A DNA stretch of 64,000 bases, taken from positions 37,016,001 to 37,080,000 of the forward strand of contig CM059432.1 in NCBI GenBank assembly GCA_030390025.1. The letters are read 5' to 3'. The position numbers and the translations under genes were made by a program. The notes beneath the pieces are model-generated. The model ran no database searches. It saw only the letters and a list, made by a program, of their open reading frames with translations, and was not told the DNA's origin. The stretch comes from Squalus acanthias. Lineage: Eukaryota. Each line of letters begins with the position of its first letter. Within the stretch, counting starts at the first letter, position 1. This document shows, in pieces, positions 23,677 through 37,141 of this stretch.

Positions 23677-24097
23677 AATTAAATAAATCTGTTGGACTAT
23701 AACCTGGTGTTGTGCGACTTCTGATTTTTGTCCACCCCAGTCCAATGCCGGCATCTCCACATCATAGAATATACTCAACTGAGCGTCCACAGCTCTCTGG
23801 GGTAGAGAATTCCAAAGATTCACAACCCTTTGAATGAAGAAATTTCTCATCATCTCTGTCCTAAATGGCCTACCCCTTATTCTGAGACTGACACGTGCTC
23901 TGAATTCCCCAGCCAGGGGAAACATTTTCTCAGCATTAACCCTGTCAAGCCCCTTAAGAATTTTATATTTCAATTCGATCACCTCTCATTCTTCTAAACT
24001 ATAGGCCTAGTCTACTCAATCTCTCCTCATAGGACAATCCCCTCATCCCAGGGACCAGTCGAGTGAGCCTTTGTTGCACTCCCTCTAAGGCAAGTAT

Positions 24098-25108
24098 GGC
24101 GGGCTGTAACGAGTGGTGTACTGCAAGGATCAGTGCTTTGGCCTCAGTTATTTGCAACTTGTATTAATGACTTAGATGAGGGGACTGAGTGCAACGTATC
24201 CAAGTTTGCTGATTGATAGAAAATTAGGTGGGAAAGTAAGCTTTGAGGAGGACTCTAAAGAGGCTGCAGAGAGGTTGACTGATTGGGCAAGAACATGGCA
24301 AATGGAATACAATGTGGGGGAAGTATGAAGTTATCCACTTTGGTAGGAAAAACAAAAAAGCAGATGATTTTTTGAATGCTTAGAGACTGGGAAATGTTTG
24401 TGCTCAGAGGGACCTGGGTGTCCTTGTACATGAATCGCAAAGTTAACATGCAGGTTCAACAAGCAATTAGGAAAGCAAATGGTGCGTTAGCTTTTGTTAC
24501 ACTGGAATTAGAGTACAAGAGTAAAGACGTCTTAGTACAATTATACAGGGCATTGGTGAGGCCACACCTGGAGTACTGTGTACAATTCTGGTCTCCTTAC
24601 CAAAGGAAAGACACACTTGCCTTAGAGGGAGTGCAGCGAAGGTTCACCAGACTGGTTCCTGGGATGGGGGGATTGTCCTATGAGGAGCGATTGCGTAGAC
24701 TTGGCCTATATTCCCTAGAGTTTGGAAGAATGAGAGGTGATCTAATTGAAACATATAAAATTCTTAAGGGGCTTGACCGGGTTAATGTTGAGAAAATGTT
24801 TCCCCTGGCTGGGAAATCTAGAACACGAGGTCATAGTCTCAGAATAAGGGGTCGGCCATTTAGGACTGAGATGAGAAATTTCTTCACTCAAAGGGTTGTG
24901 AATGTTTGGAATTCTCTACCCCAGAGAGCTGTGGATGCTCAGTTGTTGCATATATTCAAGACAGAGGTCGATCAAATTTTTGGGAACAAAGGGAATTAAG
25001 GGATAGTGCGGGAAGGTGGACGTGAGGTAGATCAGCCGTGATCTTGTTGAATGGCGGAGCAGGCTCAAAGGGCCAAATGGCCTACTTCTGCTCCTATTTC
25101 TTATGTTC
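24098..25108 (+). mobile_element. CR1 3' fragment
   Basis: ORF 24376-24999 ([19 protein letters not shown]...RNFFTQRVV) plus the 3' stem-loop and tail. Confidence 0.9.
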
Positions 25109-28100
25109 TTATCTACAATGCATAAGTCAGGAGTGTGCTGGAATACTCTCCACTTGCCTGAATCAGTGCAGCTCCAACAACACTTGAAGCTCCACTCCAT
25201 CCAGGACAAAGCAGCCTGCTTGATTGGCACCCCATCCATCAACTTAAACATTCACTCCCTCCACCACCGGCTAACTGTGGCTGCTGTGTGTACCATCTTC
25301 ACGATACACTGCAGTAACTTGCTCAGGCTTCTTTAACAACACCTCCCAAACCCACAACCACTGCCACCCAGTAGGACAAGGGCAGCAGACGCGTGGGAAC
25401 ACCACCACCTCCAAGTCGCACACCATCTTGACTTGGAAATATATCGCCGTTCATTGTTGGGACAAAATCCTAGAACTTCTTCCCTAACAGTAGGTGTATC
25501 TTTATCACACGGACTGCACCGTTTCGAGAAGGTGGCTCACCGCCACCATCTCAAGGGCAATTAGGGATGGGCAACAAATGCTGGCCTTGCCAGCGAAGCC
25601 CACATCCCATGAATGAAAAAAAAATCATGGATCTCAGAAGTGGTGCAGACAATGGCTTATTCCATTTCCATCAATTAAACAGATCAGTGTTTGCATAACT
25701 TGAGTTGTAGACTTTCTGAATTTGAATTGGTTTCGCTGCACTGCAAGTGATCACGCCTTGTAGTAATGGTGTATCAAAGGCACACGCTGTTACTATGGCG
25801 CATGTTTTGCAGGAAATTGTGGTGTAGGTGACTCAAGCCATTACCTGCGCCACGCCAAAATTTCCTGGCACTCTGAACAGCTTCACCGTGGTCCTCATCA
25901 AAACAATGAGAATTCCGTTGTCATAGCCCAGCCTCCGATTAAAATCAGTGGTCATGTCCAATTTGCTGTATTAATGCTGCTTTGATTGCCACTGCCACTT
26001 GGACTGAACCGCTGGTGAACTGACTTGTACTGAAGAAAGGAATGCCAAATTTAATTGGAGAAGCTGGAAAAGGTACTGGCTTACTTGGCAAGTATTAAAC
26101 TAATTTAACGCCAATTGTATTGGGCAGAATAAAGACAAATTGAGACGTGTGCAGATAGCAGAGCTGGTTGAACACCCTGTAGCTGACCCGAAGCAGAACT
26201 TTTACCCATTACAAAGTGGGGGTGTGGTAGTGTACTGCTTATGTTACTGGACTACAAACCCAGAGACAACTGAACTAATAATGCAGAGAGCATAAGTTCA
26301 GTTCCTACCTTGACAGTTTGAGAATTTGAATTGTTTAATAAAAAAAAAAATCTGGAACTAAAAGCTGCGATCAATCATCGTGGCCATGTAGCTGTTGGGT
26401 AGTCATAAAATCCCACTGGTTCGCTAAAGTCCGTTCCGGAAGGTTATTTTGAACTCGTCCTTACCCAGTCTGGCTTATATGTGACTCCAGTTCCACAGCC
26501 GTGGTTGCCTCGACGTGGCCTAACAAGCCACTCCGTTATGGCAACTATCGATGGGTAATAAATGTCAGACTTGCCAGCGATGCCTACATCCTGACAATGG
26601 GGGGGGAAAAAATCAAGGCATTTGACAACTTTTTAAAAAGACAACTGTAGTCTGGGTACACAGAATTTCCAGGTATTTCCTGGCTGTTATTTCTCTGCAG
26701 ATCCTCCCATCGTCCAGCTCTCTTAAATGTTGCTGTGAATCAACGCTCAGATAATTAATTTAACACAGCAAGGGATCCAAGCTGGAGATTGCTGCATCGT
26801 CTTAGATTTTTAGCCTTTGGTGTTAAGGGATCATTTCATTGGCTGCGCAGCTTCCAAATTACCGCTGGGGTGTATTCCATTGAGTTTTCCATTAAGTTTT
26901 GGCATAAATCTGCTGCTGGAGGATTGGGACGCGCAGCAGTCTAACTTGTGGTTTGTGGCCAAATGCGTCATTCCTGTACATTCTGTGTTATGGCCACACG
27001 AAGCTGCTGTATTAAGTTTTCTGGAACATTGCAAGTTACAATTTTTAAAAATTTATTTTTGAAGTGATTTTAGTAATTTAAGTTGTCTAATTCTCAAATT
27101 AAACATGACAATTAGAAATTAGTTTGCCCATTTCTCGGGCATGAAACAGAGGCTATGTTCTGCTCCACAAGGGCATGTAAAACCGTCCAACGCCATATTG
27201 GCATCCCCGGCGGCCCCCTTAAGCAGGCGTTGTCTCTTGAATATGCTAATGAGTGGCGGAACGCCTTTTTAAGGACCCCTCTCCGAAATTTGTCAAACTG
27301 AGCAGAGCAGTCGCCAGGAATGCTTCACTCAGCCTTTTCTGGTTCCTCCTGTGGCCTAACCAGCAGTCCTTAAAGTGACTGCTCAAGTCAGCTGACACAA
27401 AGCCAAAGGAATTTCTCGTCCATTCTGTTTCATCAAAAGCATATACAGACATTTCAGTGCCCCACGACGTGTACACAATATGCACGCCATGACTAAGAAG
27501 GAATTTTTGATGTGTTTCAGCTAAGAATTAAAAAATCAAGGAAGAACAGAGATTTTATTTTACTTCAATCAGTTATTCGACGGTTTAAATACGTTCACCT
27601 GTGCCATTATTTTTGCAACTAAGTGGCACAAATCCATGAAGCTTGTGGTCGCCATTGATTTAACTGAGGTGGAGCTGCGATAATCAATTTTGCTCGTTTT
27701 CAGCGAGGGTATTGTTGGGAGTGTTGCAAAATCCAAGGAAGTTATGGTGTCGTAAATATTGCCGTAACTGAAGCACACAATTTCCTGGCAATTTGAATAT
27801 AAAATGAACCCAATGCCGTAGATGCTCCATTCCAATGATGAAAGTCACCAGGAAATTCTGCACCATTTTAAAGTTATTTATGTAAAATCGATTTGTGAGA
27901 GGTACAAAAGATTTGTGTTCAGATGTAATTGAAGAACTCTGGGTACTAAGCATGTTTGTGAATTGTCACTGTTTTATTCTTTGCACCCTTTGTGGGTTAT
28001 CTTCATGTTTTGTGAATGGGTAAGTTCACCCCGAGGGGAGGGAGCGATGACCTGGAGACAGGGCTGTGCTTTTAACTAACAAAGTGCTTATCTGTTTACC

Positions 28101-30870
28101 TGCTCAATGGGTTTCACTTTTTCATGGGATGTGGCGGGCAATGGCAAGACCATAATTATTACCCATTCCGAGTTGCCCTTGACAGGTGGTGTGTGGCTGT
28201 TGGCTTGCACCACTGCAGTCCTTGTGATGTTTTTGGGAATTTATGATGCTTTCCAAGATAAAATGGCTTGGGACGATCTATCTTTTTTAAACATTGACAA
28301 TAGTTTTGATCTTTAACAAAGACATTAGTTTTCTTTTGGTCATCTTTTAAAAATTGTTTCAACTTTATTGATGGATTATATCTGAATTGCTGGGTTAGAA
28401 ACAGATGGGACTGAACTCTGTATAATGCATTTTGCATCCGAGAAGGGCTGACATAATAGACCAGCCTTTGAAAAACGAATACTGGGATTCTCAGGAAGAT
28501 CTGACTAGCTCAACTTTATAACGTGTGGTTCTCAGCTAGGTGGTTGGCACGAGATCAGCAATTCCTTTGTGGACTTTTGATGCTGGGAACTGGGTTGGTG
28601 ACGGTACCAGGGAACTTCTTCAGTGTGGCATGTCCATGGGGACAGGACTTAATGTAGGGTCTGAACCATGAGCTGCTATTTACATAAGCTTGATGGTTTT
28701 TGAATAAAATATTGAAATACAAAAACTTTGCACCTTTACTCTCTCCCATGCTAGTCATTTCCCTGTTATGGCCCCATGTTCACCTTCAAGCCCAAGGGGT
28801 GCAGAAATGTGTAGAAGTTACAACACGGAAACGGGCCAGTTGGCCCAACTAGTCAGTGTCTGTGTTTACCCTCCGTGCGAGTAAATATTCCGAATCACAT
28901 TCTCCTCGCCCTGTAACCATATCCCTTTAACCCCATTTCCTTCATCATCTATCCAATCTAATCTTGAATGGTGACATAGTTACTGCCTCAACCATAAATC
29001 CTGGGAGTGATTTCCACAGCCTCACAATTCTCTAAAGAAGTTTCCCCTGCCCTCTTGTTAGATTTAATATTGTATCAGTGGCCTCTTGTCCTTGTCCTCT
29101 CAATTACTGGAAACAGTCAGCTATCTACCCTGTGCCACCTTTACAATATTTTAAACACTTCCGTCATAATTCCCCGTGATCTGTGTTGTCCGAACGAAAA
29201 AAGCCCCAATTTTCAATTTTTTTTGTACCTATATTTCTTCATATAGGCAGCATTCTCGTGAATCTGTGCTGTACCCTCGCTAAAGCATCAATATCCTTCC
29301 CACGGTATTACTATAGCCCAATATTACACAGTACTCTGAGGTCTTAAGGTTTTATATAGGCACATCATTACCTCTTCTATACGTCTTGTGATGAAACCAA
29401 GCAGTCCATTGGATATTTTTATGGCTTTATCAAACTCGGGTGATGCCTTGAGTGTACTGTGAACCTCTCCTCAGGTCCTGTCCCTCCCTTCCAAAATTGC
29501 CATCATCCCCACCCACCTCCTTTCAAAAAAAAAACTCGCCCTTGACCCCTCTTCCCTTGCAAACTAATACTCCTTGCTTGGTTCCATGCTTTACTATTTG
29601 ATCATAGCTAGAGTATATCTGGCAATGGCTTCTCTGTTCACCTGTGCACTGTTACCTCTGAAGTTCTTAAAGGATCTATCCATGATCCCATCCTCTTCCG
29701 AATCTGCAGGCTGCCCCTTGGTGACATCATCTGCAGACATGTGGTCAGCTTCCATCTGTGTGCTTATGACACCCAGCTCTACCTCTCCACTACTTCTCTC
29801 TACTCTTGTTGTCAAGACTGCTTGTCTAACCCCCATGAGCTACAATTTCCTCCAGTTTAACACTGAAGCCATTGTCTTTGGCCCAGCCACAAACTCCATA
29901 CCCTGGCCATGCATTCTTCCCTTACCTCGCTGCTGTCTCAGGCTGGACCTGAGCTGAATTTCTAACCCCATATTCTCTCCATTGTCATTGTAAAGACTGT
30001 TTACTTCCACCTCCGTAACATTGTTCACCTCTGTCGTGGATACCTTCACCCATGCCTAAGTCACCTCCAGACTCGACGACTACAGTGTTGTCCTGGCTGG
30101 CCCATCATTTTTCCACATTCTGGAAACTGCAGCTCACCATAACTCTACTGCCTGTGTCCTATCCTGCACTTACGCCTTGACCTCGATGAACTACGTTTGT
30201 TTCTGGTCCCCCAATGCCATTGCATAGAGCTTAAAATTCCCTTTCTTGGATTTAAATCTCTTTAGGGCCTTGCCCCTCTCTATCTCTGTGATCTCCTACA
30301 GGCTGTCTCTGCCCCCTATTCCAAAGTCTCCGTTAAAAGTATGTGTAGGTGTAGATTTTTAATAGATAAGTCTATTAAACGTGTGGATCTTGCACAGCCA
30401 GTACCTGATTTACTAAGGCAGATAGCTGGGGAAACTCAAATCTTTTTTTAAAAAAAAAAGTGTTTTCCCAGTCACTGGCTGAAGCAAATCTGGCAATTTA
30501 ATTGGTTTCCAGCTGCTTGAAATTAATACATCAATGTTGACACTACACTAACACGGCACTTAACCTAATACGATAACTCCTTGAATTCATCTTCAGTTTC
30601 TTGACTTGAAGCCACGTTACTTCACTGGTGTTCTATGTCTCAAAAGTGCTTAACTAAAGTTTGGAGTAACCAAATCCAAAATTGTATTGTTGCATATTCA
30701 CAGTTTAGGTGTGAAAATTTCACACATTCGCCACTGAATTTGCTAAAATCCTGTTCACAATACCTTTGCCAAGAATGGTGCAGCTCATTGCAAGGATAAG
30801 GTGCAAATCTTAAAGGTTTTTTTTAACCATTTTGATGGACAAAGCTCTTCAATAAGTTTCTATTTCTCAG

Positions 30871-30990
30871 TTTGTACAGGCAGATTCACCTTCAAACAAA
30901 ACACTGGCTGGTCTTGTGGTGCAACTGCTTCAGTTTCAGGAGGATGCATTTGGCAAGCACGTCAACAATCCTGCATTAACTAAACTCCCC
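30871..30990 (+). CDS. SMARCC1: SMARCC1 coding exon 2
   Basis: Acceptor tttctcAG. Encodes [40 protein letters not shown]. Donor GTAAGT. 120 nt. Confidence 0.95.
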
Positions 30991-32239
30991 GTAAGTAATT
31001 TCCATTGAACAGTCTGTTATGGCTCAGCTGGTATGTGTGTGTTCGTACATTAGATGAGGACAAAGATGGATTTAGCTGGGATACTCTTCGAGCTGTAATT
31101 TTCTGTGTAGACTTGCGTGTGAAGGTGCAAAATTGGGTGAGATGCTGGTGGTGCCCTTGACACTAGCCTAGTAAGAGCCATTGTGTTGAAGAAAGGTGGA
31201 AACTGATAGGTGGAGGGGAGGAAACAACAACGAATTGCATTTTTATAGCACCTTCAACATAGTAAAACGTCTCAGGGCGCTTCACAGAGTTATCTAACAC
31301 AATTTGGTCCCAAGCCACATGAGATATTAGGACAGGTGATGCAAAATTTAGTGGAAGAGGTAGGTTTTAAGCAGTGTCTTAAAGGAGGAGAGAGAGGCAG
31401 AGAAGCTTTGGGAGGGAATTCCAGAGTTTAGGGCCCAAGCAGCTAATGGAATAGTGATTGAAATTGAAGATACGTAAGAGGCCAGAATTGGAGGAGTGCA
31501 GAAATCTCTTGAGGGTTGTCGGGCTGGAGGAGGTTACAAGGTGGGAGAAATTTCAGAAACAGGATGACCATTTTACAAGGGAGGCTTTGCCGGACCTATA
31601 GCCAATATAGGTCAGTGAGTACAGGGTTGATGGGTGAACTGGACTTGGTGCAAGTTAGGATATGGGCAGCAGAGCTTTGGATGAGTTCAAGTTTCTGTGG
31701 GGTGGAAGATGGGAGGCCGGCCAGGAGAGCATTGCAATAGTCAAGTTTAGAGGTAACTAAGGCATCGATGAGGGTTTCAGCAGCTGATGAGCTGAGGCAG
31801 GGCCGGAGACGGGCGCTGTTAGGGAGATGGAGCTAGGCAGTCTTGGTGATGGAGCGGATATGTGGTTGGAAGCTCATCACTGGGTCAAATAGGACGCCGA
31901 GGTTACAAATGGTCTGGTTCAGTCTCAGACAGTGACCAGAGAGAAGGATGGAGTCGGTGGCTAGGCAACAGAGTTTGTGGCAGGGACCGAAGACCGTGGC
32001 TTCAATCTTCCCAGTATTTAGTTGGCGCAACTTTCTGCTCATCCGGACAAGCAGCATGACAAATCAGACACTGGAGAGTTGAGGTCGGTGGTGGTGGCGG
32101 CGAGATAGGAGCTCTGTCATCAGTTAACGTGTGAAACCTGACGTCGTGTTTTCAAATGATGTTGCTGTAGGGCAGCATGTCCCCATAACCCTGCAAATGA
32201 GTCCTCTTTGAGTACGTGTCCAATTGCCTTTTGATTGTT

Positions 32240-33070
32240 GCGATGGAATCTGATCCACTGCACTTTCAGGTGGTATGTTCCGGATCTTAGCAACCCTTTT
32301 GCGTGAAGAAATTTCTCCTCGTTTCCCCTCTCGTTCTTTTAGCAATTACTTTAAATCGATGACCTCTGGTTACTGACCCACTTGCCAGAGGAAATAGTTT
32401 CTACCTACTTGCTCTATCAGAACCTCATAATTTTAATTACCTCTAGTAGGTTTTTCCTTAACGTTCTCTGTTCTAAGGAGAACAATCCCAGCTTCTCCAA
32501 TCTCTCCACATAACTGAACTCTCTCATCCCTGGTATCATCCTGGTAAACCTCCCCTCTACCCTCTCCAGAGCCTTGACATCCTTCCTAAAGTGTGGTGCC
32601 CAGAATTGTACACGATACTCCAGCTGAGGCCTAATGCAGTGATTTGTGAAGCTTTAGCATGACTTCCTTTTTTTTTAATTCAATGCCCCTATTTACAAAG
32701 CCATATATCCCATATGCTTTTTTAACAGCCTTATCAACTTGCCCTGCCACCTTCAAGGATTTGTGAATATGCACCCCCAGGTCCCTCTGCTCTTGAACCC
32801 CCCTCAAAATAGTACCATTTAGAGTCGACTGCCTCACCATGTTGTTCCTCCCAAAGTGCATCACTTCACAGTTACTGCATTAAATTGCATCTGCCATGTT
32901 TTTGTCCATTTCACCAGTCTGTATGTCCTCCTCAAGTTGCGTTATCCTGTTACTATTTACTACGTTGTCAAGTTTTGTATCGTCCCAAACTTCAAAATTT
33001 TACTTCCTATACCAAGTCCAGGCCATTTATATATAACAAGAAAAGCAGTGGTCCGAATACTGACCCCGGG
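32240..33070 (-). mobile_element. CR1 3' fragment
   Basis: ORF 32631-32864 (MHFGR...QRDLGVHIHKSLKV). Confidence 0.8.
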
Positions 33071-33982
33071 GGGTTGTCTTAGTCGGTTTCTATTCCGTTA
33101 CATGTTGCAACAGCTGCTGCATCACTGCACAACAGCTACCGTGCAAGTTTGCACACAAAGATTTACTTGGGCTTGTTTTGCATTTCTATCTCCTCCCACC
33201 AAACTTGCATGCAGTGTTTCTTTGGTTAGCATTTGACCTGTTACCAGGCCTCTGCTGATACTGTTTTGATGTGGGCAATCTATTCCTTCCTTTACCAAAA
33301 TTAGTCAAGCTGAGGCCAGTTTCTTTTGCTGCCAACTTGGCTGAGACAGTGTCACATGGCAAAGATCAAGGATCAGACCTGTGATTTTCTTGCTTTGTAT
33401 GGTTCCATACTGCAGTGCATTTGCCAGCTGCTATTAGTGGAGCTGTTGGCACTCTTAATGAGAAATCCAATTCGGAAATGGGCAGTGGTTGAAGCTTTTT
33501 CAGCTTGACCTATCCTTGGCCTGGAGCAGTATTGGATTTTCCAAATCAACCTCATTTGGTGTACTGTGAATGAGGTAAATGCTAGAAATGGATTAAAGAT
33601 ATACAACTCAAGGAACCCCCATAACTGGTCGTCTTTCTCTGCTGTTAACCTATACTTGTTTTTGGTTCACAGCTGCTTTATGGCAGATTTGTAGTTTATT
33701 GAGCATACTGAGATTATCTTGCAAGCCATGCATCACTGTAAATCTTGTTGCTCACCTTTTTAATATAATTTAATTCTGTTAATGTAGCTGATCTTGCTAG
33801 AAGAAGCACTGGGGGTGCTGTATTTGACACTGGTGTCAGGAGGGCACCAGGTTGTACCACGCTCCCATTCTTGACCGTTATCCAATATCCCCTGCTGTGA
33901 AGTGCCGATGTTGGGTGAGAATCAAGAACTGTACATGATCACAGTTGAAGTTTTGTTTATTTTTCTTCTTTTTGAACTTTAG

Positions 33983-34068
33983 GCAAAATGCTTCCTCGAT
34001 TTCAAGGCCGGGGGACCCTTGGGTCATATCCTAGGTGCTGCTTACAAATTCAAGAGCGAGCAGGGATG
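33983..34068 (+). CDS. SMARCC1: SMARCC1 coding exon 3
   Basis: Acceptor tttAG. Encodes AKCFLDFKAGGPLGHILGAAYKFKSEQG(W). Donor GTAAGT. 86 nt. Confidence 0.95.
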
Positions 34069-37000
34069 GTAAGTCAGCTCCGAGTCTGTATTCAAATTAA
34101 TGACGAAGGAGTAGATTTGGGACCGAGCTCGGACAGGGGTGCTGTACGCTTTTACAATAACCTGGCTGAGTGAGTTCGGTGAGACTTTTTTTGTCTGATT
34201 ACGCTCCTGTGCAGCGCCTTGGGACGTTTTACTATGTTAAAGGTGCTATATAAATGTACTTTTTTTAAATGTAGAAAGCCAACTTATACTCGTGTGTGAA
34301 TGAAGATTACAGACTCTCATTTATTTCTTAGACCTGCTGTGAAACCTTCGTCATCAAGTTAGAAGCCCCATCCCAGTGTTGGCATTTCTGCTTTTCCTCA
34401 GGTGTTTTAATCAGCAAACAGTGTGACACTTAGTTAATGATCTCGTCGTAGTAATTAGCAACTGCCTGCAGTGGGGGAAAAAAGCATCTGCTTTAGAAAA
34501 ATTGTTTCTATTGTATAGATGTAATGATTAAGTTGTGCAATATGGCAGGAAAGGTGGCGGGGCTTGTGCGGGTGTTGGTTGGGGAAATCAAAGACGAGAC
34601 CAGCCATTTTGGATCCTTTAGCAAGCAGGCACTTCCTCCTGACATGGGTTTCTTGTGGAATGGATAGTTACTGCTCTTGGAAGATGCTTCCAAGTGGTGC
34701 TTTAATGTTTAAGGAAAATTCCATATTGGCTAGTACTTTTTTTGGGACAAATTTTGGGGCAAAGGCGTCAGCACGAAGTGTGACAGTGAGTGCTGGTCCT
34801 GACTTTCTGATCAGTTAGCTGATCTTGGTCATGGTGGCAGTGGGGTAGTGCAATTGATAAGGTAGTGTTGCTACTTAGCACTACCTAGTGACTCTTGCTG
34901 GGACGTGCGTGGATGTGAACAGAGGTTGGATGCAGGTTCAGTTTGGCTGGTTTCCCCTCAAACTGATGCTTGCTGTTGTGAAGAATGACCTGTTGGACAA
35001 GATGCCAGCTGAATCGGCTCCTTATGAGGAGGTGGTTTTTGGAACACGGAGGGCTTGACTTGCAGAAATGCATCTTGTACACTCTTCTACAGCATGTTTG
35101 CTGATTATAACTTGGGAAATTTAAAGAAACCAACACTTGTACTTTTCCTGTCTGCAGTGTCCCATAGTGCATCACAGCCCAGGAATTACTTTGAAGTTCA
35201 GTCACTATTTTGTAGGCAACAGTTTGTGCTTGGCAAGATCCCACAAACAGCAGTGAGATAAATAACCAGTTAATCTGTTTTTGATATATGAATAGCTGAT
35301 TACTATTCTGCTTTTCCTCCGGTGTTTTAATCAGCAAACTATGAGACGCTTAGTTAATGATCTCTCCGCAGTAGTCAGCAACTGCCTAAAGTAAAAAAGC
35401 ATCTGCTTCAGAAAATTAGTTTCTACTGTATAAATATAATTAAGTGATTAAGTTGTGCCATGGGGGTGGGGGAGGAGGTGCGCAGCAACGTTGGGCTTGT
35501 TTGTTGGAAATGGCAGACGAGACCAGCCATTTTGGATCCCTTAGCAAGCAGGCACTTCCTCCTGACATGGGCTTCTTGTTGTGGAATGGATAGTTACTGC
35601 TCCTGGAAGATGCTTCCAAATGGTGCTTTAATATTTAAGGAAAATTCCATGTTGGCTAGTACTTTTTTTTACCAAAAGGCATATATACAGTCCAATAAAA
35701 CTTGGTTCAGCAATATAGAAATCTATTTAACGGCTGAAAGAGAATAGTTCTCTTTTTTTCCCACCACTACTGTCCTTCAGAAATTGACTTGCTGGTAGAG
35801 TACAGCTTCGTGAGCACTGGACTGGTCAGGAATGTGATAGAATACTCTTCCCTTGCCTGGATGGATGCAGCTCCAAAAACATTCAAGATGTTCAACACTA
35901 TTCAGAACAAAGCAGTCAGCTTGATCGGCACCCCGTCCACTGGCTTAAACATCCAGTCCGTTGGCATAACATGGCTGCAGTGTTCACTATCTAATGTTTT
36001 CAAGGGGAGCCTGGATAGGCACTTGAGGGAAATAAACTTGCAGAGTTACGGGGATAGAGCGGGGGAATGGGACTGACTAGATTGTTCTACAGAGAGCCGC
36101 CATGGACTTGATGGGCCAAATGGCCTCCTTCTGTGCCGTTAAGGCTATGACTCTATCCACAGGATACAGTTCAGCAACTCGCTAAGGCTTCTTAGGCATC
36201 ACCTCCCAAACCTGCGAGCTCCACCACCTGGAAGGGTAAATGCAGCAGGTGCACAAGAACACAATCACCTCCAAGTCGCAAACCATCTGACTTGGACATG
36301 TATCGCTCTTGCTTCATTCTCGCTGGGTCAAAATCCTGGCACTCCCCACGTAACAGCTTATGGGAGTACATTCACCACACGGACAGCAGCGGTTCAAGAA
36401 GGCGGCTCACCACCACCTTCCCGAGGGCAATTAGGGATGGCCAACAAATGCTGGCCTTGCCAGCGACCCCCCACATCCCGAGAATGAAGTTTAAAAAAAA
36501 AAAAAAAAAAAAAATCCTCAGATATCTCACCCAAGTGACATATTGGGTCCCAGATGGTGTATGTCATTCGGAATATAGGAACACGAGTGGGCCATTTAGC
36601 CCCTCGAGCTTGTTCTGCAATTCAGCGAGATCATGGTTGATCGGTGACCTAACTCCATATATCCACCTTTGCCCCATATCCCTCAATACCTTTGGTTCAT
36701 AAAAATCTATCAATCTTAGATTTAAAATTAACAGTTGATCTAGCATCAATTGCAATTTACGGAAGAGTTCAAACTTCTACCAGCCTTTCCGTGTGGACAT
36801 GTTTCCTAACTTCACTCCTGAAAGGCATGGCTATGTTCTTGGCTGTGTTCCCTAGTCCTAGACTCCTACTAGCAGAAATAGTTTCACTCTTTCTATCTAC
36901 CTTATCCATTCCCCTTAATATCTTAAACTTCAATCAAATCACCCCTTAACCTTCTGAATTTCAGGGGATAGAACGCTAGTTTGTGTAATCTCTCCTAATT

Positions 37001-37072
37001 TAACCTTGAGTCCTAGTATCATTCTGGTAAATCTACATTGCACTCCCTCCAAGGCCAATATATCCTACCAAC

Positions 37073-37141
37073 CTGCAAAATCAATCCTGAATGGATCAAA
37101 ATGTAGCAGTGTTTATGACGATAGAAAAGACACCGTTGCAG
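37073..37141 (+). pseudogene. Partial degenerate duplicate of SMARCC1 exon 4 with in-frame TGA
   Basis: Reads LQNQS*MDQNVAVFMTIEKTPLQ followed by GTACGA. Colinear with 37482-37550. Confidence 0.85.

Larger units (their letters stand above)
21892..23764 (-). mobile_element. Penelope-like retroelement (Neptune-type), 5'-truncated, with an inverted duplicate of its 3' ~590 bp
   Basis: ORF 22202-23209 encodes the RT thumb, Cys linker PCHGNLCKTC and GIY-YIG endonuclease (NVVYLIRC...WYIGET...R..GHR). Arms are 21890-22479 and 23141-23729. 14-bp TSD TAGAATATACTCAA at 21878-21891 and 23765-23778. Confidence 0.92.
21720..24096 (-). mobile_element. CR1 3' fragment split by the Penelope-like insertion
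   Basis: Tail ACATAAGAAATAGGAGCAGG at ~21728. CR1 sequence resumes at 23765 after the TSD. Confidence 0.8.

Noticed and set aside
34592..34743. Y RNA or vault RNA (GGCTGGTC and ACTAGCC on the minus strand)
   Set aside because: The motifs are in the wrong order relative to each other and to the T-run, and I see no convincing Pol III boxes.
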